Source: a virus (Duplodnaviria; Caudoviricetes). From it: a stretch of 64,000 nucleotides of DNA. Shown here piece after piece: positions 52,201 to 60,413 of the stretch. The stretch is from IMG/VR virus record IMGVR_UViG_3300032233_002382, positions 160,001 through 224,000 of that record. One strand, written 5' to 3'. Position 1 is the first letter of the stretch; each line of letters starts with the position of its first letter. Made by a program: the position numbers and the translations under genes. Under the pieces are notes generated by a model. The model was not told the origin of the DNA and did not search any database. It saw only the letters and a program-made list of their open reading frames with translations.

Positions 52201-52657
52201 TCTGGAGTTTTTTCTCTTGATCACTTCTTTTCTTTAGTTCGCTACGAGATTTTGTGGTGCTTTTATTTAGATTCGATAAAGACGTGGATAAAGTCTTTGC
52301 ATTTTTCTTTAACTCACCCAGTTTGATCTGATCGCCGGTCGTTCCTACACCAGAAGCTGTTTTGGTAGCAATACGAGATTCCAATTCGGATATTTGCTTC
52401 GCGTTATCTTCAAGTTCGTCTACCACACGACCCATTTTCTTGACATCATCAGTCACAGCTTTTGATACGGCTCCACCAAGATTTTTTGTAGCCTCCTGCA
52501 TCTTGCGAACATTTTTCATCATGGCAGTGGTTGACATACCACTACCCATACTCATCTTGCCGACATTTGCGCCGATCTTCTGAAGATCCTTATAGAACTT
52601 AGATACTGATCGCTTATCTACTTCTACTGGTATTACTACTTTCGCTTTATTAGCCAT
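49277..52657 (-). CDS. Tail tape measure protein (1126 aa)
   Basis: Long helical A/G/K/M-rich protein with hydrophobic stretches, downstream of tube and chaperone genes. Confidence 0.85.
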   Translation of the reverse strand: MANKAKVVIPVEVDKRSVSKFYKDLQKIGANVGKMSMGSGMSTTAMMKNVRKMQEATKNLGGAVSKAVTDDVKKMGRVVDELEDNAKQISELESRIATKTASGVGTTGDQIKLGELKKNAKTLSTSLSNLNKSTTKSRSELKKRSDQEKKLQTLTKSKIKNLREEASFSAGGKGADTVKGITGGISKALTTKGAGALGGVAQAAGGAGKLVAGAASSMGIGGMDKVIGMVTKFGPAMSMAAGAITSFVQILLAASDHMTELNKTLVSGTAFLNDMTGDSADYSNAIKGLRQASIDSAGALLQYGKTSKDTAGVINAYTRATTGSLIRTQATLSSMDGGIKEFSERAVVYGAALNMESTAVAEMMGKFRSEAGYAAKDTQRLMNDIVFTVSNAGMPVEKFMNIFNKVIPDVDLFENRIENLIGTMKFLSKSMSPKDVERFMMAFKNMFRGRSFQQKLQTTLIVGAGTTSKMVQEDMINKLSANSKHGARMVELLKKGESGRKEFVKSLNDLKASGEMDATQYGETLKIFENYVLAASGDATKIASSLEGVSQGTAFELMGKEIGAFVGGKLVGIKEHVAEQRGYSQEQIQAMKQYYSTMNASLQSWHDDLRTGSKEADAVLLKMVSNDKKLGAGYAAAAKEGPEALRKFLKENVKEAMVKAALMNTEALVDPMDDAKLMAKEQAKATMSISDKLSNVIAFLLEKIYGVFQPILDVLNDVFEWISDSKEGSIQHENLMNFTKAMEGAETGTSESTASEAKIRGQELHAAVARGYDTESLAEIMEKQIDFKASKSGYVIEAADAMASMMSRGISAKAGGGIYGTGGMASNAEAMEEYRQAFKTYLESGDIQGAVAEAKKAGVSEDIVKGALQEYAEKMGNLQASARVKMAAKVAGSSTRPEELITDQETKLHRKLAARSKAFNTLGDTRYEAGQDVLASLPAAQAAAGAAPSAPSAASSAAAAQTTAANTATAAEAQTMTAAAASATQASTEALAETAQDNQRKVPAPIKTAWHKIITESVREGVEDPLVRHAMLLAKSQSDPAFAATMAAGIGGGGTYGFSGFKDMTTSMATMRGAGVTNEKMLESLKSGARTYHVTINGGSISDPEQFADMFNKAIEKKAQAGEPTG

Positions 52658-53775
52658 CAGGTATCTCCGTCAACCGCTGGTGTCACCTGAGTGAAATTGT
52701 CTACCATATACTGACGCATACGTTTCACTCGGTCATTCATTTCAGATTCGTTAATAACAGATGAACCAAGCGGGCCGGTCGATATATAGCCAGTCTTACG
52801 CAGCAGCTCTGAGCGTTCTTTTTCGATTTCCAACGATCGTTGAACCATCTGTCTACGATGATTCTCGACGGCTATATCGTGGAAGTCCTTTTCATTGTTC
52901 AAGGCCGATGTTAGCTGCTTGGCAAGATCCTCGGCGGTCTCGGCTCTGAAACGACCGACGACTTCAGCGGTACGCCCGTCGGGTAAGCTAATTTGTTCGG
53001 TATACTTCTCTTCTCCGACCACGCGGTTAAGATAGTTCTTAAGTACCTTCATCTTAAGTTCTTCGCGCTCAGTGCGTTCTCGCTCTAACCTCGATCGGTC
53101 ACGGTCCTCAACACTTCTCATACCTTTGCCGACAAAGCATCCGCCAATGAATTTAGCATTAGCCCAGTCAGCTTCCACTTTTTCTTTATTATCCAGTATG
53201 TTGTTAAGTGCCACCCAAGCATTTTGGCATTGGTTTATACCAAGCTCATTCGTTCCAGGTATTCCGGAAATAGACTGATCATTGATCATTGATTGACGAA
53301 CTTGCAACCATTTATATCTAGATCGAGATTCGTAGGAATATGGCTCGACTAAAGGAAAAAGACGCATGGCCTTACTGTTCAGGGCAGATAGATTTTCAAT
53401 TATCTTATCAGTCAAGCTCGCAGGGAATTTAAGAAATGTCTTTATTAGTTTGTCGATATGCTTGGGTCTTTCAAATATAGCGTTACGCCCGTTTACGTAG
53501 AAGACACTATATGCAATAAAAGCGGCCTTAAACTCCGGAGAGTTGAGGAACTTAGGAGATTTCGGGGGCTTAAGAAAATTAATAAGACGGAGCTCTGACT
53601 GATTCAAAGTCTTGAAAATAAAATGCTGGTTTTGGATCGTAGCGGAAGATATTAAGAACCCAGTAAACAAATACTCCTCAAGCTCTTCCCACACGGTTTC
53701 ATCGGTGGAAAGAGCTGAGTCTGGGACGCGAATGTCAATTCGGCCCCCAATACCTTGCTCAGGGGGAGCTGACAT
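52657..53775 (-). CDS. Tail assembly chaperone-like protein 2 (372 aa)
   Basis: FKTLNQSE...IAYSVFYVNG; lies between tube and TMP; stop overlaps the TMP start. Confidence 0.55.
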   Translation of the reverse strand: MSAPPEQGIGGRIDIRVPDSALSTDETVWEELEEYLFTGFLISSATIQNQHFIFKTLNQSELRLINFLKPPKSPKFLNSPEFKAAFIAYSVFYVNGRNAIFERPKHIDKLIKTFLKFPASLTDKIIENLSALNSKAMRLFPLVEPYSYESRSRYKWLQVRQSMINDQSISGIPGTNELGINQCQNAWVALNNILDNKEKVEADWANAKFIGGCFVGKGMRSVEDRDRSRLERERTEREELKMKVLKNYLNRVVGEEKYTEQISLPDGRTAEVVGRFRAETAEDLAKQLTSALNNEKDFHDIAVENHRRQMVQRSLEIEKERSELLRKTGYISTGPLGSSVINESEMNDRVKRMRQYMVDNFTQVTPAVDGDT

Positions 53776-53778
53776 TGA

Positions 53779-54570
53779 CTATCCTTTCGTCGGCATATAC
53801 CTTGGATTGAGGTTTGCTGCCGGGTTCAAGACAACCTGCGGATCAGGCTGGTTCGACCTCGGTTCAATTACATCATCTGAAGCAGTCGGCGCAGGCGGAA
53901 ATACTGCAGGTTTCACAGATTCAGGCGTTGGTTGAGGCGTCTGAGTAGCAGCGAATTTAGCAAAAGGATCAAATGCTACCTCAGTAACAGGAGCGGTTTT
54001 AGCAGGCTCGGAAATCGGGGGAGTCATAGAAGAAGCGCTGACTTCGGAAGCTTCGACTAGAGGAGGCTTTCCAAGCTGCTCGCGAAGATCCGCAACTCTC
54101 GCCTCAAGCTCCTTTAGTTCTTCGATGCTATCTTTAGCATTTTCGAAAGATATCTCTTTCAAATGCTCTTTTTGTAGCGATTCCATCAAGTCAGCAAGTA
54201 TCGAGAAGCTGTCGTCGATAAATTGAGCGCTCCAACCGGCTAACTTAGAGTGTAAATATTTGTCCAAGGTAAGTTTAGTAGGCTTACCATCCTTACCAAC
54301 ACCCGGTAAGCAAGGGCCTGCATCTCTGTACTCTCTTAAATCGAGATCATTGATGCCGACAATACTATTGGCAAGCGTCATCCTCTTAGTTTCGTGAACT
54401 AAGGCTGTACCGATTTCGTCAGCGTTTGATAGTATTTCGGTGACTCGCTCCTGTCCCATCAGGGTAATAGGAGAAAGCCAGAGCGTCGTGCTACCAATTT
54501 TGCGCTTCCAGATTACGTCGGTGCCGACTTTGTTAATGTTTCTTTCTAATTCTGCGATAAAGTCATCCAT
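53779..54570 (-). CDS. Tail assembly chaperone-like protein 1 (~263 aa) with Pro-rich C-terminal tail
   Basis: LWLSPIT...TLANSIVGIND; first gene after the tube; ATG 54570 preferred over TTG 54585. Confidence 0.55.
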   Translation of the reverse strand: MDDFIAELERNINKVGTDVIWKRKIGSTTLWLSPITLMGQERVTEILSNADEIGTALVHETKRMTLANSIVGINDLDLREYRDAGPCLPGVGKDGKPTKLTLDKYLHSKLAGWSAQFIDDSFSILADLMESLQKEHLKEISFENAKDSIEELKELEARVADLREQLGKPPLVEASEVSASSMTPPISEPAKTAPVTEVAFDPFAKFAATQTPQPTPESVKPAVFPPAPTASDDVIEPRSNQPDPQVVLNPAANLNPRYMPTKG

Positions 54571-54590
54571 ATTCCACAGTACCAAATACG

Positions 54591-54627
54591 AATCGACCCC
54601 AGGAATCTAAGATTCCTGGGGTCGATT
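54591..54627. terminator. Perfect 17-bp inverted repeat, 3-nt loop, after the tube gene
   Basis: AATCGACCCCAGGAATC-TAA-GATTCCTGGGGTCGATT. Confidence 0.6.
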
Positions 54628-54643
54628 GTCATACCGATCTTAA

Positions 54644-55333
54644 TTAACCAGCGGTGGGACCACGGGCGAAGAGTAAGGAGCCTGAACCAGCCGGATCATA
54701 CGGGTTGTTGCCGGAGTTCAGTAGATCGCCGTAGTGGGTCGGGTCGAGCTGGTAGTTAGAACCGTCGGTGACATCGGTCGCCATCGCGGCGGCATCTTCC
54801 ATAACGATCGCCGAATCGCTCGGGAATGAAACGCTATAGCTGTTTAACCAACAGCCTAAGAACACAGTGATGATTGCACGGTTCGTCTGGCTGTAGGTAT
54901 CGAGGGGCAGTGTGACACCAGCACCGATTTGGTTCGCGTCAGCCTGCGTAACCAGCTCTGAAAAGACAAGCTCGGATTGAATGTCGAACGGCCACTTGTG
55001 CTGCCGGAGCGACCGGACGATACCGTCGACACCACCCTTATAGCCTAACTCTTGAACAATGCCAGCGGTGTATAAAAGAGTACGGTTCAGCGTTAAAGAC
55101 ATTGGCTCCGTTACGCCGGGCACCAACTCAGCGATCTTATCACCGAAGCCGACGCCGCGTACGGGATCCAGGCCGCGAGACTCGCTATAGTCGAAAGTCG
55201 ACAAAACGCCGACCTGCTTGAAAGAGGTCGAGCCAGCGGGCTTAGATAATACGCGATTCTTCTGCGAAATCGCAACTCGCGTATTAGGGCTAGAACCAAC
55301 TGTGTATATGTAAGTATCTGAGTTTCTGGCCAT
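54644..55333 (-). CDS. Major tail tube protein (229 aa)
   Basis: VGVLSTF...VRGVG...ELVPG...LTLNRTLLY...PFDI...GCWLNSYS...AIVMED motif order of myovirus tube proteins; GAGGTG RBS. Confidence 0.85.
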   Translation of the reverse strand: MARNSDTYIYTVGSSPNTRVAISQKNRVLSKPAGSTSFKQVGVLSTFDYSESRGLDPVRGVGFGDKIAELVPGVTEPMSLTLNRTLLYTAGIVQELGYKGGVDGIVRSLRQHKWPFDIQSELVFSELVTQADANQIGAGVTLPLDTYSQTNRAIITVFLGCWLNSYSVSFPSDSAIVMEDAAAMATDVTDGSNYQLDPTHYGDLLNSGNNPYDPAGSGSLLFARGPTAG

Positions 55334-55379
55334 TTTGCCACCTCTTCTAAAACTTCAGAATAAAAGACGAATAAACGCG

Positions 55380-55769
55380 CTATGACCTAGAGATCCTGCG
55401 CGCTATCTTAACAAAAGACGCTTGCTTGAATTGCACATCGACTTCTGCCGGTTCGATTTCATCTTCCACAACAGGTTTCATGGCAACGCTATCTTTAAGC
55501 AGAGCGTCTTGAGCCCACTGTGTACCAAGCAGGGATTCATCTTTTAAGGGAACATTGCGAGAAATATAGAATACATTACAAATTCTTTTCTTACCATCTA
55601 CAATAATCTCAAAGACTCCCGGACGAAGTTTGGACATCAAAGCTACTTCGTCCGGGACAATCTCTGTTTGCCAATTCTTTCCAGGGTACTTCACGAACGC
55701 AGCCACTCCGGGGACCAATTTGACTCCAGTTACGTACTGGGAATCTTTTTGGGTCGGAATGTGCGCCAT
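55380..55769 (-). CDS. Hypothetical protein (129 aa)
   Basis: ORF coupled to the upstream gene's stop; no family recognised. Confidence 0.65.
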   Translation of the reverse strand: MAHIPTQKDSQYVTGVKLVPGVAAFVKYPGKNWQTEIVPDEVALMSKLRPGVFEIIVDGKKRICNVFYISRNVPLKDESLLGTQWAQDALLKDSVAMKPVVEDEIEPAEVDVQFKQASFVKIARRISRS

Positions 55770-56266
55770 TACTCTTGCTCTGCCTTAGAGTGATGACCCT
55801 TACCGCGAGCAGAGAAGTTATAAGTGTCGGGATCGTTAAGCTTACCGCCACTGTAGAGCTTGTGGACAGCAGATTCGATCTCCTCGAGCGAATGGGCAGA
55901 AAGCTCATCGGCCGTGTCGCATAGAGAGAAGATACCGGCGACCTTCGTCACAAGTCTAGCGATCTGAGGCCGTAAGGAAGCATAGCGCTCCTGATTCGCG
56001 ATATCGACCGCCTTATTCAGACCGGCCATAATGCTCATCACGCGAGCATAGTTCTTGGCCGGGACGGCGGCAGCCTGGTGCAACCGGGCGATTTCCTTCT
56101 TGACTCCGGAAAGGTCTACATCGCTGGAGGACACTCGAGTCATCGACTCAATGTCTGACACGACTGAAGCGACCTTCGGGTCGAGAGGGTTTAGCTTCGA
56201 AAGGGTGCCGATCGCGGCGGCTAATCTACGGGTATTCATAAAGCTCTCCATGGTTATGACCTTCAT
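55769..56266 (-). CDS. Hypothetical helical protein (165 aa; start may be a downstream Met)
   Basis: Co-oriented ORF, Ala-rich helices. Confidence 0.65.
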   Translation of the reverse strand: MKVITMESFMNTRRLAAAIGTLSKLNPLDPKVASVVSDIESMTRVSSSDVDLSGVKKEIARLHQAAAVPAKNYARVMSIMAGLNKAVDIANQERYASLRPQIARLVTKVAGIFSLCDTADELSAHSLEEIESAVHKLYSGGKLNDPDTYNFSARGKGHHSKAEQE

Positions 56267-56286
56267 GTGGACCGACTATGAAGATC

Positions 56287-56589
56287 TTATTGATCGGACC
56301 TAGACTGTCTAATATATCCTATAGTATTCAGACGACGTGTGATTCGAGACTCTCCTTCAGTCTTCATGAAATTGGAGAATCTAGTCGCACCGTCGATGAA
56401 GGCTTCCTCAGGATATAGTACGCCCTCCGAGTCGTTCGTATTCATTAAAACTAACGACTCCTGGGGTCCTTCCTGCACTTTATGGTCGATCTTCATAACC
56501 AGACTATAACCGAGAGGATTAAGTATCTGTCGATTTATCTCGAAAAGTAGGCCAGATTCCTGGAGCTTCTTTAAAGGCACATGATTCAT
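56287..56589 (-). CDS. Small phage-type hypothetical protein (100 aa)
   Basis: LQESGLLFEINRQILNPLGYSL resembles a recurrent small phage protein family (from memory, not searched). Confidence 0.6.
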   Translation of the reverse strand: MNHVPLKKLQESGLLFEINRQILNPLGYSLVMKIDHKVQEGPQESLVLMNTNDSEGVLYPEEAFIDGATRFSNFMKTEGESRITRRLNTIGYIRQSRSDQ

Positions 56590-56601
56590 ATGGTACTATA
56601 C

Positions 56602-57807
56602 TCAGTACTGGTCTTTGACTACTTCTAGTACGCTATTCGCCAGATTTGTTATTTCCTCTACAGTTTCTTTTCCAAGTCTTCTCTTATAGCGTTTTAGAGT
56701 CGATAAAAGCTCATCATGTGCATCTGCATATGCCGTCACGGAGTCATCCCAGTCGGAAGTATCTTCATTCCGAACCAATGCGGCAATTGAATTGTTATAT
56801 TCTTTTATGGTTTCATCAAGGACAGAACGAATCTTAGTTACGAAATCTTCCGGATCGACATACTTCCCGGCAAGTTTACGGTCTAGATTTTGGAAATTTT
56901 TCCGAAGAACAGTCTCCGAAGGCTTACTACCATCCTTGTAAGCCTTGATGCTATCATTATAGTCTGAAACCACTTCCTTTAGTGGCGATCCGTCGAATTC
57001 ATCATCGTCTTCTTTAGCGTCTTCGCCTTGATCATTTTCAGAATCGCCCCAATCGAAATCGTCAGATTCTATGGATTCCACAATAGCTTTAGTAAATTTT
57101 TCCGGTTTATCGAACACGCTTGAGTCGAGGTTTAGTTCTGCGAATTCCTTCATGGCGGTTTCGGCATGCGTATCTTCTATAGTATCAGCTTTATCAATTA
57201 GTTCCTTTATGTAGCGCTGTATCTCAGGCATTTTGCCTGATAAGGCAGTGTTAAAATTTTTCTTCTTTGCGACGTTTTTCTCTCCTAGGTTAGTATTAGA
57301 AAGCGCCTTGATCGCCGCGTCTGGGTCCATATTTTCTGGATCCGTCCTCATCAATGAGTTCACTCGATCATAGTCAAGGGCTTCAAATACTCCAGGATTA
57401 TCTTTAATATACTTAATTATAATCTTGGCTAATTCGCCGCTACCATCTTGATCAAGCCCATCCTTGATATATTCTGAAGGTCTTTGGAGTTTTTGATTCA
57501 AAGTATTCCAAGCTTTTTCGGCGTTTTTAAGCTGTTTCTTGTACGAATCAATGCGAGCCCGCTTATTTAACCATTCCTGGAATGCTTGCTCTTTATCGCG
57601 ATACCACTCCTTTGCACCACCAGTCAGGTCCTTTTTAAACGCTTTCCCAAGTTTATCTTTTAAACCACCCCAATCAATTGCTTGCTTTTCAATAGATCCG
57701 ATTATAAATTGCAAATCGGAAGCGACAGCATGCCGGGATGGTGCGTCAGAACCATCAATATAATTCGCGAGACGAATACATACCTGGGCAGTATTGATAG
57801 GATCCAT
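56602..57807 (-). CDS. Leader-bearing acidic/charged protein A (401 aa)
   Basis: Starts with the shared 40-aa leader; K/D/E-rich helical body with an acidic linker. Confidence 0.85.
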   Translation of the reverse strand: MDPINTAQVCIRLANYIDGSDAPSRHAVASDLQFIIGSIEKQAIDWGGLKDKLGKAFKKDLTGGAKEWYRDKEQAFQEWLNKRARIDSYKKQLKNAEKAWNTLNQKLQRPSEYIKDGLDQDGSGELAKIIIKYIKDNPGVFEALDYDRVNSLMRTDPENMDPDAAIKALSNTNLGEKNVAKKKNFNTALSGKMPEIQRYIKELIDKADTIEDTHAETAMKEFAELNLDSSVFDKPEKFTKAIVESIESDDFDWGDSENDQGEDAKEDDDEFDGSPLKEVVSDYNDSIKAYKDGSKPSETVLRKNFQNLDRKLAGKYVDPEDFVTKIRSVLDETIKEYNNSIAALVRNEDTSDWDDSVTAYADAHDELLSTLKRYKRRLGKETVEEITNLANSVLEVVKDQY

Positions 57808-57868
57808 ACATATCCTGATATATTCAAAATTTAGAACGGAAATTCTTCTGCGTGTACTTTAACCAAAT

Positions 57869-58201
57869 ATGGATAATATAATTAGACCTTACCGATATTT
57901 CATTCAAAAGGGCGAAGCATACTGCCCGAAATGTGGTAAGGGACTCGGAGAGGAGCGTCGGCTCGAGCGAACAGTATGTCACGGGGGTTGGTTTAGAAAA
58001 TGCCCCAAAGATGAACATTTCCACCACAAATGCCGACATTGTAGTGGTCAATGGCTAGAAAGCACCATGGAGATGCACGAGAGGGAAGTGAAATTTACCA
58101 TAAAGAATATGGTCGAAATAGCTATGAAAAGCTCCATGACATCTGAAGAAATCAAGAATTATATCGACGAACTGGTAGTGAAGTCGGTCATGGAAAGTTA
58201 G
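57869..58201 (+). CDS. Cys/His-rich zinc-finger-like protein (110 aa)
   Basis: CPKC...C-x7-CPKDEHFHHKCRHC; overlaps the convergent stop of 58198..59193 by 4 nt. Confidence 0.7.
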   Translation: MDNIIRPYRYFIQKGEAYCPKCGKGLGEERRLERTVCHGGWFRKCPKDEHFHHKCRHCSGQWLESTMEMHEREVKFTIKNMVEIAMKSSMTSEEIKNYIDELVVKSVMES

Positions 58202-59193
58202 TTATAAGTTCGCTTCTTTAAGCGTACGTAGTCAGGTACGGAGATAAAGAAATCTCCTTTCTTATTGTATCCATAATCTACGTCCATATACCGAAGCACT
58301 TCCACAACCTCATCATCGGGTTTCTTCTTTAATTTCACCCATTCATCTTTATCATCTGGATACGGCGGATTAGCGTTTACATCTAGATATTCTTTAAGAA
58401 TTTCGTCGCGACTCTTCCCCGTTGGTTCTTCATAGTCTTCTTCTGATTCATACCGATCTTCAGTCGGTTCCGGACGCTCGGATCGGTCACTGCGATCGGA
58501 CTCGGAACCACTACCCTCCTGAGGCTCCGGCTCATCGCGGTGCGGAGCCATCTTAGATTCCTCGACGTCTGGCTCCTTATCCAGGCTTTCTAGCTGCTCC
58601 TTGGCATTTTCATACTTATAATAATTTGATTCTAATGCTCTATTGACAGCCTGGTAGTAGTTTTTAATCGTAATGAGTATGCTCTTTAATTCCTTTAGGA
58701 TTTTATCTTTCGTATATTTGTTTTTCTTGTCGGAGATATGAACTACCCATTTCTTCCATCCTGCTTTAAAATCGGCGTCCGATTGCCAGTCTTCCATCTT
58801 ACTTAACAATCCCTTAAGCGGATACAGCCTTTTATAATTTAATTTGGTATTTGCATACAACATAGGTAGGATCTTGAACTGCTCAGCAGGAATATCACCG
58901 AGTTTGTCCCCCTTACCCTCAAGGAACTTCCCCTTAACTAACCAATCAAACAGTTTTTTGAGCTGACCGGGTTGTTTGTTAAGATACTCATATTCACGCT
59001 TCAGCTCGTTTAAGCGTTTCTTTAAACTCTCACGAGAGTCCTCATCGGAAGCATGCTTACGGACCGACCCTGATTCAATACCCTTTATGAGCGATATTAA
59101 CTCGGCAGATACCTTCACACGACTTGGACGATCAGAGCTATCTATGATATTCGCAAGATGTAAGCAATAGCTGGAAACCTGATCAGGCGTCAT
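58198..59193 (-). CDS. Leader-bearing charged protein B (331 aa)
   Basis: Shared leader; KAGWKKW core; acidic low-complexity linker. Confidence 0.85.
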   Translation of the reverse strand: MTPDQVSSYCLHLANIIDSSDRPSRVKVSAELISLIKGIESGSVRKHASDEDSRESLKKRLNELKREYEYLNKQPGQLKKLFDWLVKGKFLEGKGDKLGDIPAEQFKILPMLYANTKLNYKRLYPLKGLLSKMEDWQSDADFKAGWKKWVVHISDKKNKYTKDKILKELKSILITIKNYYQAVNRALESNYYKYENAKEQLESLDKEPDVEESKMAPHRDEPEPQEGSGSESDRSDRSERPEPTEDRYESEEDYEEPTGKSRDEILKEYLDVNANPPYPDDKDEWVKLKKKPDDEVVEVLRYMDVDYGYNKKGDFFISVPDYVRLKKRTYN

Positions 59194-59196
59194 AAT

Positions 59197-60363
59197 TTAG
59201 CCTCTGAGTGTGATAAAACGGCGAGTAAGTCTTCGCTTGCTCGCCCTCTTACCTATATATTTTCCACTCTTATCATACGATTTGGACCACTCCATTTCCT
59301 GCCGAGCCATATCGAAACGCACCCTGAGTCGTCTTATATCGTCGACCCGGAACACATAGTACCGCTGACCATCTATATATTTTAACTTAAATGGACGTCT
59401 GAGATCGTTCATAAATCTGAGGAAATCGTCATCAACATACTCGGCTACATATCTTATTGTCTGGTTATCGCTGCTAATCGCACCAGGCGGATTCTTATCG
59501 GGGTTGAAGAAATCGTTTAATATCGCGAATTGCTTCTTCGTGAATTGCTTAGACGATTCTGAATCTCCGTCATCCCGAGGCTTCTTGGACGGTTTTTGAT
59601 CATATGAATCATCGGGCTTAGAGCGTTCTTGTAATTCAGACTTTTCTTTATTATCCTGGCCAGACGGTTTTTTATTCGTAGGCTCAGGTTCGTCACCTGG
59701 GAATGGTTTTAACTTCGTCTTTTGATCCTTAGTATCCTTTTTCTTTTTTAGCTTCACTCCCTGCGATTTAAGCATTTCTTCCGCTGCCGCCATGTTGTCC
59801 TGGACAAATTCCTCATATAAATCGATAGTGCGGAGTATTGCACTAAACTCCCGCTTAAAGGCTTTGTCTATTGGTTTATTGCCCTCAAAATAATGATTAC
59901 TATCGACATAGTCACACCACTTCTTCCATCCTGCCTTCATCTTTGAGAAAGTATTCCATCTAAAAATATCTTGTAAAGGAGAACCCCAGGACAACGGAAA
60001 GCTTTTAGAGACCGGAGAATTCGAACTATATAGATATACTAGAAAGTTTGCCACATCATCCGGCATGTCACCGTAATCATCTACCCAAGTATAATCAGAG
60101 AGCCACTTCCTGGTCGTATCAACGAGATCGATACGTTTCTCGTACTTCTCGAGAAGATCAATCAGATGCTGCTGTTCGGGTGTAGGCTTACGTTTAAAAA
60201 GATCTCGGAAATTGAAAGCAAAATGGGTGGTCGGAGCCCCAGATTCGAGTAAATATATTATAGCGCGTATATCAGAAGAAATAGATATCCTACTCGGGGA
60301 TGCCGAACCGTCGATTTCATCGGCGATGTATTTTAGCAGTGACGAAACTTCACTTGGATGCAT
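59197..60363 (-). CDS. Leader-bearing charged protein C (388 aa), paralog of B
   Basis: Shared leader; KAGWKKW core; NPP motif shared with B. Confidence 0.85.
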   Translation of the reverse strand: MHPSEVSSLLKYIADEIDGSASPSRISISSDIRAIIYLLESGAPTTHFAFNFRDLFKRKPTPEQQHLIDLLEKYEKRIDLVDTTRKWLSDYTWVDDYGDMPDDVANFLVYLYSSNSPVSKSFPLSWGSPLQDIFRWNTFSKMKAGWKKWCDYVDSNHYFEGNKPIDKAFKREFSAILRTIDLYEEFVQDNMAAAEEMLKSQGVKLKKKKDTKDQKTKLKPFPGDEPEPTNKKPSGQDNKEKSELQERSKPDDSYDQKPSKKPRDDGDSESSKQFTKKQFAILNDFFNPDKNPPGAISSDNQTIRYVAEYVDDDFLRFMNDLRRPFKLKYIDGQRYYVFRVDDIRRLRVRFDMARQEMEWSKSYDKSGKYIGKRASKRRLTRRFITLRG

Positions 60364-60413
60364 GATGTCCCCGGAAATTCCCCGAAACGAACGTAATCAC
60401 ATGGGGATAAGGC

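Noticed and set aside
52657-54585. Lambda G/GT-type programmed frameshift in the chaperone genes
   Set aside because: The two ORFs have separate starts and stops, and I could not identify a convincing slippery site.
12937-55380. Shared late-promoter motif (TTTATT-like words upstream of 12936, 23187, 25626, 55333)
   Set aside because: Too short and AT-rich to separate from background by eye; needs MEME on all intergenic regions.
2964-55908. Dozens of 60-155 aa plus-strand and nested ORFs in the track (e.g. 13093..13527, 31571..32002, 50295..50759)
   Set aside because: They lie antisense or out of frame within long, well-supported minus-strand genes and have no recognisable motifs; shadow ORFs.
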